A DNA stretch of 63,692 nt, the filler included, from an uncultured Gemmatimonadota bacterium (lineage in GTDB: Bacteria > Blakebacterota > Blakebacteria > Blakebacterales > Blakebacteraceae), in NCBI GenBank assembly GCA_964576115.1. It is 12 parts of 12 records of this genome, joined end to end, with 100 filler letters (N's around TTAATTAATTAA, not from the genome) between each part and the next. Parts side by side here need not be neighbours in the genome. Positions count along the whole stretch, not along the records: positions 7,283 to 14,276 come from CAZNUA010000098.1; positions 14,377 to 20,370 come from CAZNUA010000100.1; 10 more parts are not named here. One strand, given 5' to 3'. How positions within the stretch are numbered: position 1 is the first letter of the stretch; each line of letters starts with the position of its first letter. The notes under the pieces were generated by a model, which was not told the DNA's origin, made no database searches, and saw only the letters and a program-made list of their open reading frames with translations. A program made the position numbers and the translations under genes. This document shows positions 8,147 through 18,200 of the stretch, piece by piece.

Positions 8147-9334
8147 TCATACTTCCGGTATCGTGAGCCCTCGCTCGGCAAGCAGGCGTGCGATCGCTTC
8201 ACCGACCTCCGAATCGGGGGTCGAGGCTCCCGCCGTGATCCCGATCTGCACCGGACCGTCGGGGAGCCAGCCGGCCTGTTCGACCGGTTCTTTCTGATCC
8301 ACCGGTTTGTGACGGATCACGTTGCCCGGTCTGATTCCGGCGGCGGAATCGATATGATAGGTGGTCACCCGGCCAGCCGCGATCTGAGCCAGATTATTGG
8401 TATTGCTCGAATTGTACCCGCCGATCACCAGAACCAGGTCGAGCGGTCGCGTGAGCAGATCGAGGATCGCGTCCTGGCGCTCCTGGGTGGCACTGCAGAT
8501 CGTTTCGAAATTTCTGAACCGGCGTGAGAGTTCGTCACCGCCCCAGCGATCGGCTATGGCGTCGCGCAGGATTCCGGCGATGTGCAGGGACTCGCTCTTG
8601 AGCATGGTGGTCTGATTGGCCAACCCGATCTTTTCGAGGTGGACATCGGGATCGAAACCCGGCGAGAGAGCGAGCCGGAAGCGTTCGAGGAACGCTTCCC
8701 GATCCTGCCCCCAACCCCTGATATAGGCCGCCACTACCGCCGCCTCTTCCCGATCCCGGACGATGAGGTAGTGTCCGCCCTCCCAGGTCGCCCGGCTGGC
8801 GGTGGCCATTGTCTCCTCGTGGTAGAACTTGCCGTGAATGACACTGGTGAAACCGTCGGCGGCGTACTGCCCGACGTTTTTCCAGACCAGCATCACCGAG
8901 CCGCAGGTCGTATCCACCAGTTCGCACCCGATCCGGATCAGGCGTTCCATATCCTCCATCGGGATACCGAAAGCCGGCAGGATGACGATGTCGTCGGCTG
9001 CAACTTCTTCGTATCCCCGCCCGTCGGCGTGCTGTCCGAAGAGAAAGCCGATCCCCATCTCGCGCAGCCGCTCGTTGACCGAGGGGTTATGGATGATCTC
9101 CCCCACCAGCCAGACCCTGTGGTCGGGATGGCGGCGGCGGGTTTCATAGGCGAAGGCCACGGCCCGGTCCACGCCGTAGCAGAACCCGAATTCGCGGGCG
9201 AGATTGATGGTGACCTCGCCGACCCGCAGCTCGCCACCCCCAGCCACGATGCGATCTACCAGGGGACTGGTGTACGGTTCGTGACCTGTACGCTCGCGGC
9301 CGTTACGGGTCCGCGACGATTTGACGTCCGGCAC
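8147..9334 (-). CDS. ispH: 4-hydroxy-3-methylbut-2-enyl diphosphate reductase
   Basis: FGFCYGVDRAV, GEIIHNP, VDTTCGSV, HGKFYHEET, NQTTM, TICSATQERQ, GGYNSSNT, GITAGASTP; the three Fe-S cysteines are present. Confidence 0.97.
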   Translation of the reverse strand: MPDVKSSRTRNGRERTGHEPYTSPLVDRIVAGGGELRVGEVTINLAREFGFCYGVDRAVAFAYETRRRHPDHRVWLVGEIIHNPSVNERLREMGIGFLFGQHADGRGYEEVAADDIVILPAFGIPMEDMERLIRIGCELVDTTCGSVMLVWKNVGQYAADGFTSVIHGKFYHEETMATASRATWEGGHYLIVRDREEAAVVAAYIRGWGQDREAFLERFRLALSPGFDPDVHLEKIGLANQTTMLKSESLHIAGILRDAIADRWGGDELSRRFRNFETICSATQERQDAILDLLTRPLDLVLVIGGYNSSNTNNLAQIAAGRVTTYHIDSAAGIRPGNVIRHKPVDQKEPVEQAGWLPDGPVQIGITAGASTPDSEVGEAIARLLAERGLTIPEV

Positions 9335-9506
9335 TCCTGACCTCCCCGGCCCTCTCCGGCTTCACCCCCGCTCCCGAACCGGCACCGCCTCTTCACACCC
9401 GCCCGGCCGTTCCCGGAGTTCAACCGGGGGCGGTTGCCGGTTCCGTACGCTGAATATAGCACGGGAACCGACCGCGGCGAGGCAGGAGTGTCGTGGGGGG
9501 GGGAAG

Positions 9507-9535
9507 TTGACAGTACCCCGAACGGCATCTACGCT
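9507..9535 (+). promoter_or_regulatory. Sigma70-type promoter for the amidohydrolase operon
   Basis: TTGACA(9507-12)-17 nt-TACGCT(9530-35); AGGAGG RBS before ATG 9582. Confidence 0.6.
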
Positions 9536-9581
9536 CATCGGGCTCGCCCCCCGCTACACACTGTTGCAGGAGGATATTCTC

Positions 9582-11255
9582 ATGCCCAGACCCGCTGTCC
9601 GGCGGGATCGGCCGCTCCTGTGTCGGGTCGGACCTCCGGCGGTCCTGCTCCTGATGCTCGGGTGCCTGCTTCCGCCCCTTCCCGCAGCGGCCCAACCCGA
9701 TCCCGGTGTCTATGCCGTTACGGGGGCACGCCTCGTAACTCTGTCCGGGGCACCGATCGAACGGGGCACCATCGTTCTCCGTGACGGTCTCATCGAGGCT
9801 CTCGGAACCGATCTGGAACCGCCTCCCGATGCGCTGACCGTCGATGGTGACGGCCTGACCGTCTACCCCGGTTTCATCGACGCCTTCTCCCAGGCCGGAA
9901 TCGTTCTGCCCGAGGGACGGGAATACGCCGGCAATCTCGCCGATCGTCCCGCTTCGGAGCATTTTGATCCCGGGGCCCGGAATCTCGAAGACTATCTGAA
10001 GCAGGGTTTCACCACCGCCCTGCTGGTGCGGGACGACGCCGTCTTCGGCGGTGGAGCCGTGCTGATGAACCTGATCGGCGAAGACGTCTCGAGCATGACG
10101 GTCAAAGCTCCGGTGGTGCAGACCCTGGGCTATGCCATGCAGCGCGACTATCCCGGCACGCTGATGGCGGTGGTGGCTTACCAGCGACAGACCCTGATCG
10201 ATGCCGCCTACCAAGACCTGCTCCTGAACCGCTACCGGCGCGAACCGCGGGGGATGGTGCGTCCGCCGGTCGACCGGGCGCTCGAGGCGCTGATCCCGGT
10301 CGCCACCGGGCGGGCTCCCCTGCTCGTCATCGTGCAGAGCGAGAACGATCTGAAGCGCCTGCGCGATCTGGGCCGCGACTACGGCGTGCAGTACTGGATC
10401 GCCGGGGCCCAGGAGGCCTGGCGGGTACCCGAACTGATTCGTTCCGCTGGCGCGCCGGTCATCGTCTCCCTCGATTTTCCCCCGATCGAGAGTGTGACCG
10501 GGTACTGGTACGATCGGGCCTTCCGCCACCTCGAGGAGGCCGAATCGGAAGCTTTCGACGACCGCGACGAAGCCGCCGTACACGGCAATGCCGCCGCGGT
10601 CGCGACCCTGGGGGTGCCGCTGGCCCTGGGCACCGGCGGCATGAGAGATCCCGATTCCTTTCTCGAGAACCTGCGCCTCGCGATTTCCGCCGGCCTGCCG
10701 GCTGCAACCGCGCTCGATGCCCTGACTCGCACCCCGGCCCGCCTGTTCGGTGTCGAAGCCGTACTTGGTAGTCTCGAACCGGGCAAGATCGCCAATCTGA
10801 CGATCACCGGCGGCGGGGACATCTTCAGCGATTCCGAGGCGTATATCGCCCACGTCTTCGTCGACGGCCGGAAGCGGAGTTTCGAGAAACCGCGGCCGCG
10901 CGCGAGCGGCCCCGCAGCCGCAGGACCCGCCGGCGAGTGGGATCTCGAGATCAACGCCGAGGGCATGACCATCGAGATGACACTGACTCTCGAACTCGAG
11001 GGCACCGATGTAACAGCCGTCATCGTCCAGGAAGGCGAGGAGATGCACCTGAGCGGGACCTTCAGCGAAGGCGAGCTCTCCCTGCAGGGAACGATTCCCG
11101 ACGAGAGCGCGGCACCGATCACGCTGACCGCCACCATCGAGGGCAACGAGATGCGGGGCAGCCTCGGCGTGGCCGGCATGGGGACCTTCACCCTGACCGG
11201 CACGAAGAAACCCGGCTCCATCCCGTCGGGGGAAGGAGGGTCAAAGGATGACTGA
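9582..11255 (+). CDS. Secreted amidohydrolase-fold protein lacking metal ligands, with C-terminal ~100 aa beta domain
   Basis: Signal peptide; VYPGFIDAFS (no HxH); YPGTLMAVVAYQRQ; LGSLEPGKIANL; tail GEWDLEINA..GNEMRGSL. Confidence 0.85.
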   Translation: MPRPAVRRDRPLLCRVGPPAVLLLMLGCLLPPLPAAAQPDPGVYAVTGARLVTLSGAPIERGTIVLRDGLIEALGTDLEPPPDALTVDGDGLTVYPGFIDAFSQAGIVLPEGREYAGNLADRPASEHFDPGARNLEDYLKQGFTTALLVRDDAVFGGGAVLMNLIGEDVSSMTVKAPVVQTLGYAMQRDYPGTLMAVVAYQRQTLIDAAYQDLLLNRYRREPRGMVRPPVDRALEALIPVATGRAPLLVIVQSENDLKRLRDLGRDYGVQYWIAGAQEAWRVPELIRSAGAPVIVSLDFPPIESVTGYWYDRAFRHLEEAESEAFDDRDEAAVHGNAAAVATLGVPLALGTGGMRDPDSFLENLRLAISAGLPAATALDALTRTPARLFGVEAVLGSLEPGKIANLTITGGGDIFSDSEAYIAHVFVDGRKRSFEKPRPRASGPAAAGPAGEWDLEINAEGMTIEMTLTLELEGTDVTAVIVQEGEEMHLSGTFSEGELSLQGTIPDESAAPITLTATIEGNEMRGSLGVAGMGTFTLTGTKKPGSIPSGEGGSKDD

Positions 11256-12588
11256 CCAGAGAATGCGAACCGGCCCTGCTCTTGTTCTCGGCCTGGTCGC
11301 GACACTCCTCATCTGTGCGGGAACGTCGACCGTCCGGGCCCAGGACCTGCTCATCAGGGGCGGAACGGTCCTGACCGTGACCGGGGGCGATCTGCCCGAT
11401 ACCGACCTGCTGATCCGGGCCGGGACAATCGAGGCGATCGGTTCGGGGCTCGAGGCCCCGCCCGGGGTAGAGGTCATTGACGCCCGTGGGCTCTTCGTCT
11501 GCCCCGGCATCCTGGACGATCACTCCCACATGGGTATCGACCGCGGCATCAACGAGGGCTCCCGTTCAGTCACGCCCGAAGTGAGCATCACCGACGTGAT
11601 CCGGCACGACGATCCCTCTTTCGTGACCGCGCTGGCCGGCGGGGTGACCACCATCCAGACCCTGCACGGCTCGGCCAACTCGATCGGCGGCGAGTGCGAG
11701 ACGCTCAAACTCAAGTGGGGCCGACCGTGGGAGGAACTGGTGATCGCCGACGCCCCGCGCACGCTCAAGTTCGCGCTGGGAGAAAACGTGCGGCAGTCGC
11801 GTAGCGATAATCCCACCCGCTATCCCCGCAGCCGGTCGGGAGTAGCCGAAGTGATGCGCGAATCCTTCACCCGGGCCCGCAACTACATGGCCGCCTGGGA
11901 GCGCTATGAGGCCGAACGCACCGCCTACGAGCGAACCCCGCGGCGCCAGCGCTCCGCTCTGGCTCCCCTGCCCCCCCGGCGCGATCTGCAGCTCGAGATC
12001 CTGGCCGGGGTGCTCAAGGGGGAGGTCATCATCCGCTGCCATGCCTACCGGGCCGACGAAATGTGCATGATGATGGAGGTCTGCAACGAGTTCGGCATTC
12101 CGGGCGGGGTTTTCGAACACGCTCTGGACGGGTACAAGATCGCTCCGGAACTGGCCCGCAACGGCTGGGCCGTGAGTGTCTTCGCCGACTCCTGGGCCTA
12201 CAAGATCGAGGCCTATGACGCCAATCCTTACAAGATGGTGATTTATTACGAAGAGGGCGTACGTACCGCAATCAACTCCGATTCGGCCGAGCGGGTCCGC
12301 CGGCTGTACCAGGAGGCGGCCCGGGCCTGCCGCTTCGGCGGCGTGCCCGAGAACGAGGCCCTGAAGATGATCACCATCAATCCGGCCGCCAACCTGGGTA
12401 TCGACCACCGGGTCGGCAGCCTCGAAGTCGGCAAGGACGGCGATGTCTCTATTTTCACCGCCCATCCGATACAGACCGAGGCGCGCTGCGAGATGACGAT
12501 CATCGAAGGGGTGGTCTACTTCGATCGCAGCCAGATCGATACCCTCGCCACCTGGCCCCCGGACGGGGGCGGTGAGGGCTCACGCTGA
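11248..12588 (+). CDS. Secreted metal-dependent amidohydrolase with intact ligands
   Basis: PGILDDHSHMG, LKFALGENV, IRCHAYRADE, FEHALDG, INSDS, VGSLEVGKDGD. Overlaps the previous gene by 8 bp. Confidence 0.92.
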   Translation: MTDQRMRTGPALVLGLVATLLICAGTSTVRAQDLLIRGGTVLTVTGGDLPDTDLLIRAGTIEAIGSGLEAPPGVEVIDARGLFVCPGILDDHSHMGIDRGINEGSRSVTPEVSITDVIRHDDPSFVTALAGGVTTIQTLHGSANSIGGECETLKLKWGRPWEELVIADAPRTLKFALGENVRQSRSDNPTRYPRSRSGVAEVMRESFTRARNYMAAWERYEAERTAYERTPRRQRSALAPLPPRRDLQLEILAGVLKGEVIIRCHAYRADEMCMMMEVCNEFGIPGGVFEHALDGYKIAPELARNGWAVSVFADSWAYKIEAYDANPYKMVIYYEEGVRTAINSDSAERVRRLYQEAARACRFGGVPENEALKMITINPAANLGIDHRVGSLEVGKDGDVSIFTAHPIQTEARCEMTIIEGVVYFDRSQIDTLATWPPDGGGEGSR

Positions 12589-12615
12589 ACCCCGGAAAGG
12601 AAAGGAGACGTGACC

Positions 12616-13893
12616 ATGTCAAAGAACTGGACACGCCGGACCGCCGGGGCCCTGGTGCTCGCGGCGACCATCATCGCGCTCTGCCCACGAGTGCAGGCGC
12701 AGCAGAACGACTGGGCGGTGACCGGAGGCACGGTGGTGACCGTGACCGGCGCCGTCATCGAAAACGGCACCGTCCTGATAGAGGACGGCATCATTACCGC
12801 CGTGGGACGTGAGGTGACGATCCCCGCCGGAGTGGAGCGGTTCGATGCCCGAGGTCTGTTCGTCTATCCCGGCCTGATCGACGCCGGTACCGGAGTCGGT
12901 CTGTCGGAGGCCGGCGGCATGGACGGAGCGGTCGACAATTTCGAACTGGGATCCTACAACCCGCAGGTCGAGGCCTACATCGCCGTCCATCAGGCAAGCG
13001 AGATCCTGGGCGTGCAACGGGTCGGCGGTTTCACCAGTGTAGTGACCGGCCTGCACGGCAACGGCGCTCCGATCCCCGGCTGGGACAGCCTCATCAATCT
13101 CTGGGGCTGGACGCCGCAGGCCATGACCGTCGAGCAACGGATCGGCCTGCGCGTCAACTGGCCGGGGGGAAGCCGGCGGGGCGGTCCGAGCGGAGCCGTG
13201 GAGGCTCTGCGGACCTGGTTCGAACAGGCCCGGGCCTACGCCGAACGGGAAGCGATGTTCGCCGCGGGCCAGCTGGCCTGCTTCGATTATGACCAGAAAC
13301 TCGAGGGTCTGGCGCCGGCGGCGACCGGCGATTATCCGGTCATCTTCGAAGCGGCTACCGAAGAAGCGATCGAAGGGGCCGTCGCCTTCGCCGAGGAACT
13401 CGGTCTGGAGTACATCATCCGCGGGGGCCGCGACGCCTGGAAAATGTGCGATTTCCTGATCGAGCACTGCGTCCCGCTCATTTTCCAGGGCATCCAGGCC
13501 ACTCCGGCCCGCGACGAACCCTACGACGTGCACTACGCCACCCCGGCCCGGCTGCACGCCGCGGGGCTGGAGTTCGCGATCTCTTCGGGTTCTTCCTCGG
13601 ATGTCTTCACCCTGACCTACCAGGCCGGGATCGCGGTCTCCTTCGGTCTACCGAAAGAGGAAGCCCTGAAGGCGCTGACCATTTACCCGGCCCGGATTCT
13701 GGGGGTCGACGACCGGCTGGGCAGTATCGAGAGGGGCAAGATCGCCAACCTCGTCATCGCCACCGGCAATCCCGTGGATTACACGAGCCAGATCCGCCAG
13801 CTCTTCATCCGCGGCGAGAAAGTCCCGTGGGACGACAAGTTCAACCGGCTCTACCGCCTGTACCGGGGCCGACCGGGAGAAATCACACCTTGA
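12616..13893 (+). CDS. Secreted amidohydrolase-fold protein lacking metal ligands
   Basis: AGGAG RBS; signal peptide; VYPGLIDAGT (no HxH); EEALKALTIYPARILG, LGSIERGKIANL. Confidence 0.88.
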   Translation: MSKNWTRRTAGALVLAATIIALCPRVQAQQNDWAVTGGTVVTVTGAVIENGTVLIEDGIITAVGREVTIPAGVERFDARGLFVYPGLIDAGTGVGLSEAGGMDGAVDNFELGSYNPQVEAYIAVHQASEILGVQRVGGFTSVVTGLHGNGAPIPGWDSLINLWGWTPQAMTVEQRIGLRVNWPGGSRRGGPSGAVEALRTWFEQARAYAEREAMFAAGQLACFDYDQKLEGLAPAATGDYPVIFEAATEEAIEGAVAFAEELGLEYIIRGGRDAWKMCDFLIEHCVPLIFQGIQATPARDEPYDVHYATPARLHAAGLEFAISSGSSSDVFTLTYQAGIAVSFGLPKEEALKALTIYPARILGVDDRLGSIERGKIANLVIATGNPVDYTSQIRQLFIRGEKVPWDDKFNRLYRLYRGRPGEITP

Positions 13894-13989
13894 GGGACAC
13901 TTGTGTTACCGGTCGGCACGGGTGTAAGCTCCGGAGGACGGAGGCAGTTACCGTAGAGGAAGACGGACACCATCAGGGATTGAGAATCT

Positions 13990-14276
13990 TTGAGCCGGTC
14001 TGTTTGCCAGCTTCCCGTCCTCCGGGTGTCATTCCTGTGCCTGCTCTGTTTCGGTTCCCTGTCCTGCGCCCGGCCGGTCGGTGAACCGGCCGGAGCGGAC
14101 CGGACCGAAGGGGTTGCATCCGGTTCGCATGTTCACCTGCCCGGACCCGATCCCGGGCGGGCGATGGATCAGTATGCGTTGCGTTCCTGGGACACCAGCA
14201 CGGGGCTGCCGCAGAACTCCATTCAGGACATCGTCCAGCAGGCCGATGGCGCCCTCTGGATAGCCACCCAGGAGGG
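13990..14276 (+). CDS. N-terminal fragment of a two-component-regulator propeller (Reg_prop) sensor protein
   Basis: WDTSTGLPQNSIQDIVQQADGALWIATQEG is the typical first Reg_prop repeat. Truncated by the contig end; TTG start uncertain. Confidence 0.8.
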
Positions 14277-14376
14277 NNNNNNNNNNNNNNNNNNNNNNNN
14301 NNNNNNNNNNNNNNNNNNNNTTAATTAATTAANNNNNNNNNNNNNNNNNNNNNNNNNNNNNNNNNNNNNNNNNNNN

Positions 14377-14754
14377 TTCACCTTCGAGCGGGGCCAGGGG
14401 GGCGATGATCTCCGACTCGGGCTCGCCGGCGCGGATGTAATCGGAGAAAAAGGTACCCAGCATGCCCAGGTCGTGCTCGCCCTCGTGAGCGTGCCGGGTG
14501 AAGAAGACCGGAGCGCCGTCCGAGCGCCAGGCCGCGAGCAGGGCGGCGATCCGGGGCACGGCCGGTTCGCTCCAGGGCAGGTAGCAGCGCCCGGCCGGAT
14601 CGGCGAAGTAGCGGAGCATATCGATCACGAGCAGGGCGCAGCGACCCCGCCGGGGGCGCAGGTGGGGCCGGGGGGGTGTGTGGGAGCGAATGTGCTCGAG
14701 CCACCCTGCCGCCCGGGTTTCGAAATCCCCGGGATCTGACGTATCGACACGCAC
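14377..14754 (-). CDS. Isochorismatase-family cysteine hydrolase, N-terminal part
   Basis: ALLVIDMLRYF...PVFFTRHAH...GEPESEIIAPLAP. Truncated at contig end; start is either GTG 14754 or ATG 14820. Confidence 0.82.
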
Positions 14755-14834
14755 GAGTCCGATATCCTCCCTTCCGGCTGGGATGATATCATAATTGTTC
14801 GATCGACTCGAACCTCTCATCCCGGAGGTACCCG

Positions 14835-16094
14835 ATGCGTTTCTCGACCGCCATCCGCCAGCCCGTCCGCCGCCGGATCGAGCGGATGGAACGGGCCGAC
14901 ATCCTGGTCGGCATCCCCTGTTTCAACAACGACTCCACCATCGCCCATGTCGTCGAGGCCGTCGAGGAGGGTCTGCACGCCCGTTTCGGCGACCGACGCG
15001 GTGTGGTCATGGTGGCCGACGGAGGTTCGGTCGACGATTCTCGCGAAGAAGCCGAGAATCTCGAACCGCGCCCCTGGATCGAGCGGGTGGTCCATATCTA
15101 CCGCGGAGTGCCGGGCAAGGGGAGCGCGGTACGGGCCATCTTCGAAGCTGCCGACCTGCTCGAGGCGAAAGCCTGCGTGCTCTTCGACTCCGATCTGCGG
15201 TCGATCACGCCCGATTGGGTGGCCCACATGGCCGGAGGCATCCTGGACGACGGGTACGATTACATCGCACCCTTTTACAAGCGGTATAAGTACGACGGCA
15301 CCATCACCAACAACATCGTCTACAATCTCACCCGGGCTCTATACGGCTACCGCGTGCGCCAGCCGATCGGCGGCGATTTCGCCCTCTCCCTGCCGCTGGT
15401 GCGCAAGCTCCTGCTGCAGGATGTCTGGGAGAGCGACATCGCCCGCTTCGGCATCGACATCTGGCTTACCTCTACCGCCATGGTCGAGCAGACGGCCATC
15501 GCCCAGGCCAACCTGGGGGTGAAGATCCACGACGCGAAGGATCCGGCCGAGGCTCTCGGACCGATGTTCCGGCAGGTGGTCAGTACCCTTTTCATCCTGA
15601 TGGAGCGGCACGAGAACGTGTGGATGCGGGTCGAGGGGAGCAGTGAGGTACCGGTGATCGGTCCCCCGGTCGAGATCGAACCGGTTCCCTTCACCATCAA
15701 CGTCGAGAAACTGGTCGGGGATTTCAGAACGGGGTATGCCAACTACAACGAGGTCTGGAAGAAGATCATCGCCGCCGAGGATTTCGCCGTCATCACCGCC
15801 CTGACCCAGGAACCGGTCGAGGCCTTTCTCTTCCCGGTCGAATCATGGTGCCGCATCCTCTACGACCTGTCCGTGGCCTATCACACCTGGGAGGGGAACC
15901 GCGAGTTACTGGTCAGCCTCATGACCCCGCTCTACTTCGCCCGGATCGCCTCGTTCGTGAACCGAACCCGGGAGATGTCCAACGACGAGGCCGAGGAGGT
16001 CGTCGAGGAACAGGCCCGGGTTTTCGAGGAAATGAAGGCTTATCTGCTCGAACGTTGGCTCGACGCTTCCGGGAGAGACGACGAGCGGTCATGA
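14835..16094 (+). CDS. GT2 glycosyltransferase, glucosylglycerate synthase / mannosylglycerate synthase-like
   Basis: ILVGIPCFNN, DGGSVD, PGKGSAVRAIFE, FDSDLRSITPDW, KYDGTITNNIVY, RQPIGGDF, RFGIDIW, KIHDAKDP. GGAGG RBS. Confidence 0.82.
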   Translation: MRFSTAIRQPVRRRIERMERADILVGIPCFNNDSTIAHVVEAVEEGLHARFGDRRGVVMVADGGSVDDSREEAENLEPRPWIERVVHIYRGVPGKGSAVRAIFEAADLLEAKACVLFDSDLRSITPDWVAHMAGGILDDGYDYIAPFYKRYKYDGTITNNIVYNLTRALYGYRVRQPIGGDFALSLPLVRKLLLQDVWESDIARFGIDIWLTSTAMVEQTAIAQANLGVKIHDAKDPAEALGPMFRQVVSTLFILMERHENVWMRVEGSSEVPVIGPPVEIEPVPFTINVEKLVGDFRTGYANYNEVWKKIIAAEDFAVITALTQEPVEAFLFPVESWCRILYDLSVAYHTWEGNRELLVSLMTPLYFARIASFVNRTREMSNDEAEEVVEEQARVFEEMKAYLLERWLDASGRDDERS

Positions 16095-17089
16095 TCACCC
16101 TGCTGCTCCTGAGCGGTCTGGCGGTGCTCATACTCGGCGGCGAGCTATTGGTGCGGGGATCCTCCCGGCTGGCCCGGCGCCTGGGCACCTCCCACCTGGT
16201 GATCGGCCTTACCGTGGTTGCCTTCGGGACCAGCGCCCCCGAGCTGGCGGTCAGCACCGTGGCCACGTTGCGCGGCGCTCCGGCAATCGCCCTGGGCAAT
16301 GTGGTAGGGAGCAATATCGTCAACATCCTGCTCATCCTGGGATTCTCAGCCGTGCTGGCTCCCCTGGCGGTCTCGCACCGGCTGGTGCGGATCGAGGTAC
16401 CGCTCGTCATCGTCATCTCCGGCCTGGTCTTCCTGCTCGCCCTCGATTCCGTCCTCGGCCGCCTCGAGGGGCTGCTCCTGCTGGCCGGGCTCATCCTTTA
16501 CCTCGTTGTGTTCATCCGTCTGGCGCTGGCAGGGCGGACCAGCCGGGCTGGATCGGCGGAGTCGGCCGAACCGTTTATCGACCCGGCTTCTCGCTCACCG
16601 GTACCCTCTCCCGGCTCCGGATCTTCCCCGCTCCTGCTCCATCTTGCCCTCATCGCTGCAGGACTGATCCTGCTCATCATCGGTTCGAGGTGGCTGGTCC
16701 TGGGAGCGGTCGAACTGGCGGCGCTGGTGGGAATCAGCAGCCTCGTGGTGGGACTCACCGTCGTGGCGGTGGGTACCTCCCTGCCCGAGCTGGCCACATC
16801 GGTCATCGCCGTGCTGCGGGGGGAGCGGGAGATTGCGGTCGGCAATATCCTCGGAAGCAACCTCTTCAATCTGCTGGCTGTCCTCGGCTGCTCTGCTGCC
16901 CTCGCGCCGCAGGGGATCCCGGTCCCGCGACCCGCCCTGACGTTCGACCTGCCGGTCATGCTCATTGCAGCAGCCGTCTGTCTACCGGTTTTCATCACCG
17001 GCCGGGTCGTCAGCCGCCGGGAGGGGCTCCTCTTCCTGGCCGGGTATGCTGCATATCTGATGGGGCTTTTTCTCGGATCGACGGGGTAG
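16091..17089 (+). CDS. Ca2+/Na+ antiporter (CaCA, YrbG-like)
   Basis: Two alpha repeats: GTSAPELAVS..GNVVGSNIVN and GTSLPELATS..GNILGSNLFN. ATGA overlap with the upstream stop. Confidence 0.93.
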   Translation: MITLLLLSGLAVLILGGELLVRGSSRLARRLGTSHLVIGLTVVAFGTSAPELAVSTVATLRGAPAIALGNVVGSNIVNILLILGFSAVLAPLAVSHRLVRIEVPLVIVISGLVFLLALDSVLGRLEGLLLLAGLILYLVVFIRLALAGRTSRAGSAESAEPFIDPASRSPVPSPGSGSSPLLLHLALIAAGLILLIIGSRWLVLGAVELAALVGISSLVVGLTVVAVGTSLPELATSVIAVLRGEREIAVGNILGSNLFNLLAVLGCSAALAPQGIPVPRPALTFDLPVMLIAAAVCLPVFITGRVVSRREGLLFLAGYAAYLMGLFLGSTG

Positions 17090-17095
17090 TGTCGG

Positions 17096-17965
17096 TCAGC
17101 GCACGATCCCGACCGTGATGGTAGCGACACCGTCGAGTTCGACCACCGCTGCCGCGGCTTCGACCTCGATCCCTCCGCTCGATTTCTCATGCTCCTCGTA
17201 CGAGAGAACGAGACCGGTGGCAGCCTCCACGAGAATCGTGGCGGTGCGGGTGCCGGTCATCGCCATGACGGCCGGATAACCCGAAAGCTCTCCTTCACCG
17301 GTGAACCTGACCCCGGCGGTGACCTCGATCTGCAGCGCCTCTACCCCATTGACAGTGGTGCGCCCGGTACACCGGAAAGAATCGGTGACGGCATATTCCA
17401 GGTCGAAGGTGGAGCGGGCGGCCGGCCAGGAGCGCTCCCGGGTCCATTCGGTACCGGGGGTCAGTTCGCCCTCGGGATGGTAGAGAAAGAGGCGCTGGAG
17501 TTCGGATATGAACCAGCCGGTCCCACCCAGTTCGCGAATGGCCACATTCCAGCTCAGACCGTCGGCCGAAGCGATGCCGCCGCGGGGATCGAAGTGAACC
17601 ACGGCCTGGATCTGGTTGGCCTCGGTTATCCAGACAGGCGAGCTACCCGGATCGCGGTGCAGGGCGGCCTCGCTGACGGTGATCCGGCATGACGAAGCAT
17701 CGAGCGGTTCGATCGTCCAGGTCATCTGCAGCCGGGATCGGTTTTCAGTGGGTTGCTGACCGGGCAACGCGGTGCTCTGGGTCTTGTCCGCCCGGTAGGT
17801 ATAGGTCCGGGTATCACCGGCCTGATCCCCGTCTGCCGCAGCCTGCCCCGCAACCGTTCCGGTCGGGCCCACCAGGAGAACCAGGCCCAGACCGAGAGCC
17901 ACAACGATCAGGCCCGGCCGCCTGCGATCAATATCTTTGTCCGTGCTGTAGAAACCGCTCATCAT
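17096..17965 (-). CDS. Exported beta-rich hypothetical protein
   Basis: GAGGT RBS; hydrophobic signal LIVVALGLGLVLLVG; beta-rich with PEGELTPGTEW and ILVEAATGLV. Confidence 0.7.
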   Translation of the reverse strand: MMSGFYSTDKDIDRRRPGLIVVALGLGLVLLVGPTGTVAGQAAADGDQAGDTRTYTYRADKTQSTALPGQQPTENRSRLQMTWTIEPLDASSCRITVSEAALHRDPGSSPVWITEANQIQAVVHFDPRGGIASADGLSWNVAIRELGGTGWFISELQRLFLYHPEGELTPGTEWTRERSWPAARSTFDLEYAVTDSFRCTGRTTVNGVEALQIEVTAGVRFTGEGELSGYPAVMAMTGTRTATILVEAATGLVLSYEEHEKSSGGIEVEAAAAVVELDGVATITVGIVR

Positions 17966-18200
17966 TGCCACCCACCTCGTTCGATCGTGATGTTTTCGAT
18001 GGTGTCGTCTTCTGGTACGCACTCCTTTAGACGGCCTAAAAGAAGAAAAGGTTTCAGCCCTCTGTCGGAGATCCGATCCTGCCTCACCGGAATCGGCCGG
18101 TGCACGGAACCTCATCGGTGGTGAGCCGTACATTGTGGTAACGACAGGGACGGAAGCATCCAGACGATCATGAGGCTTTAACCGTAACCGGGCGGTCCAC

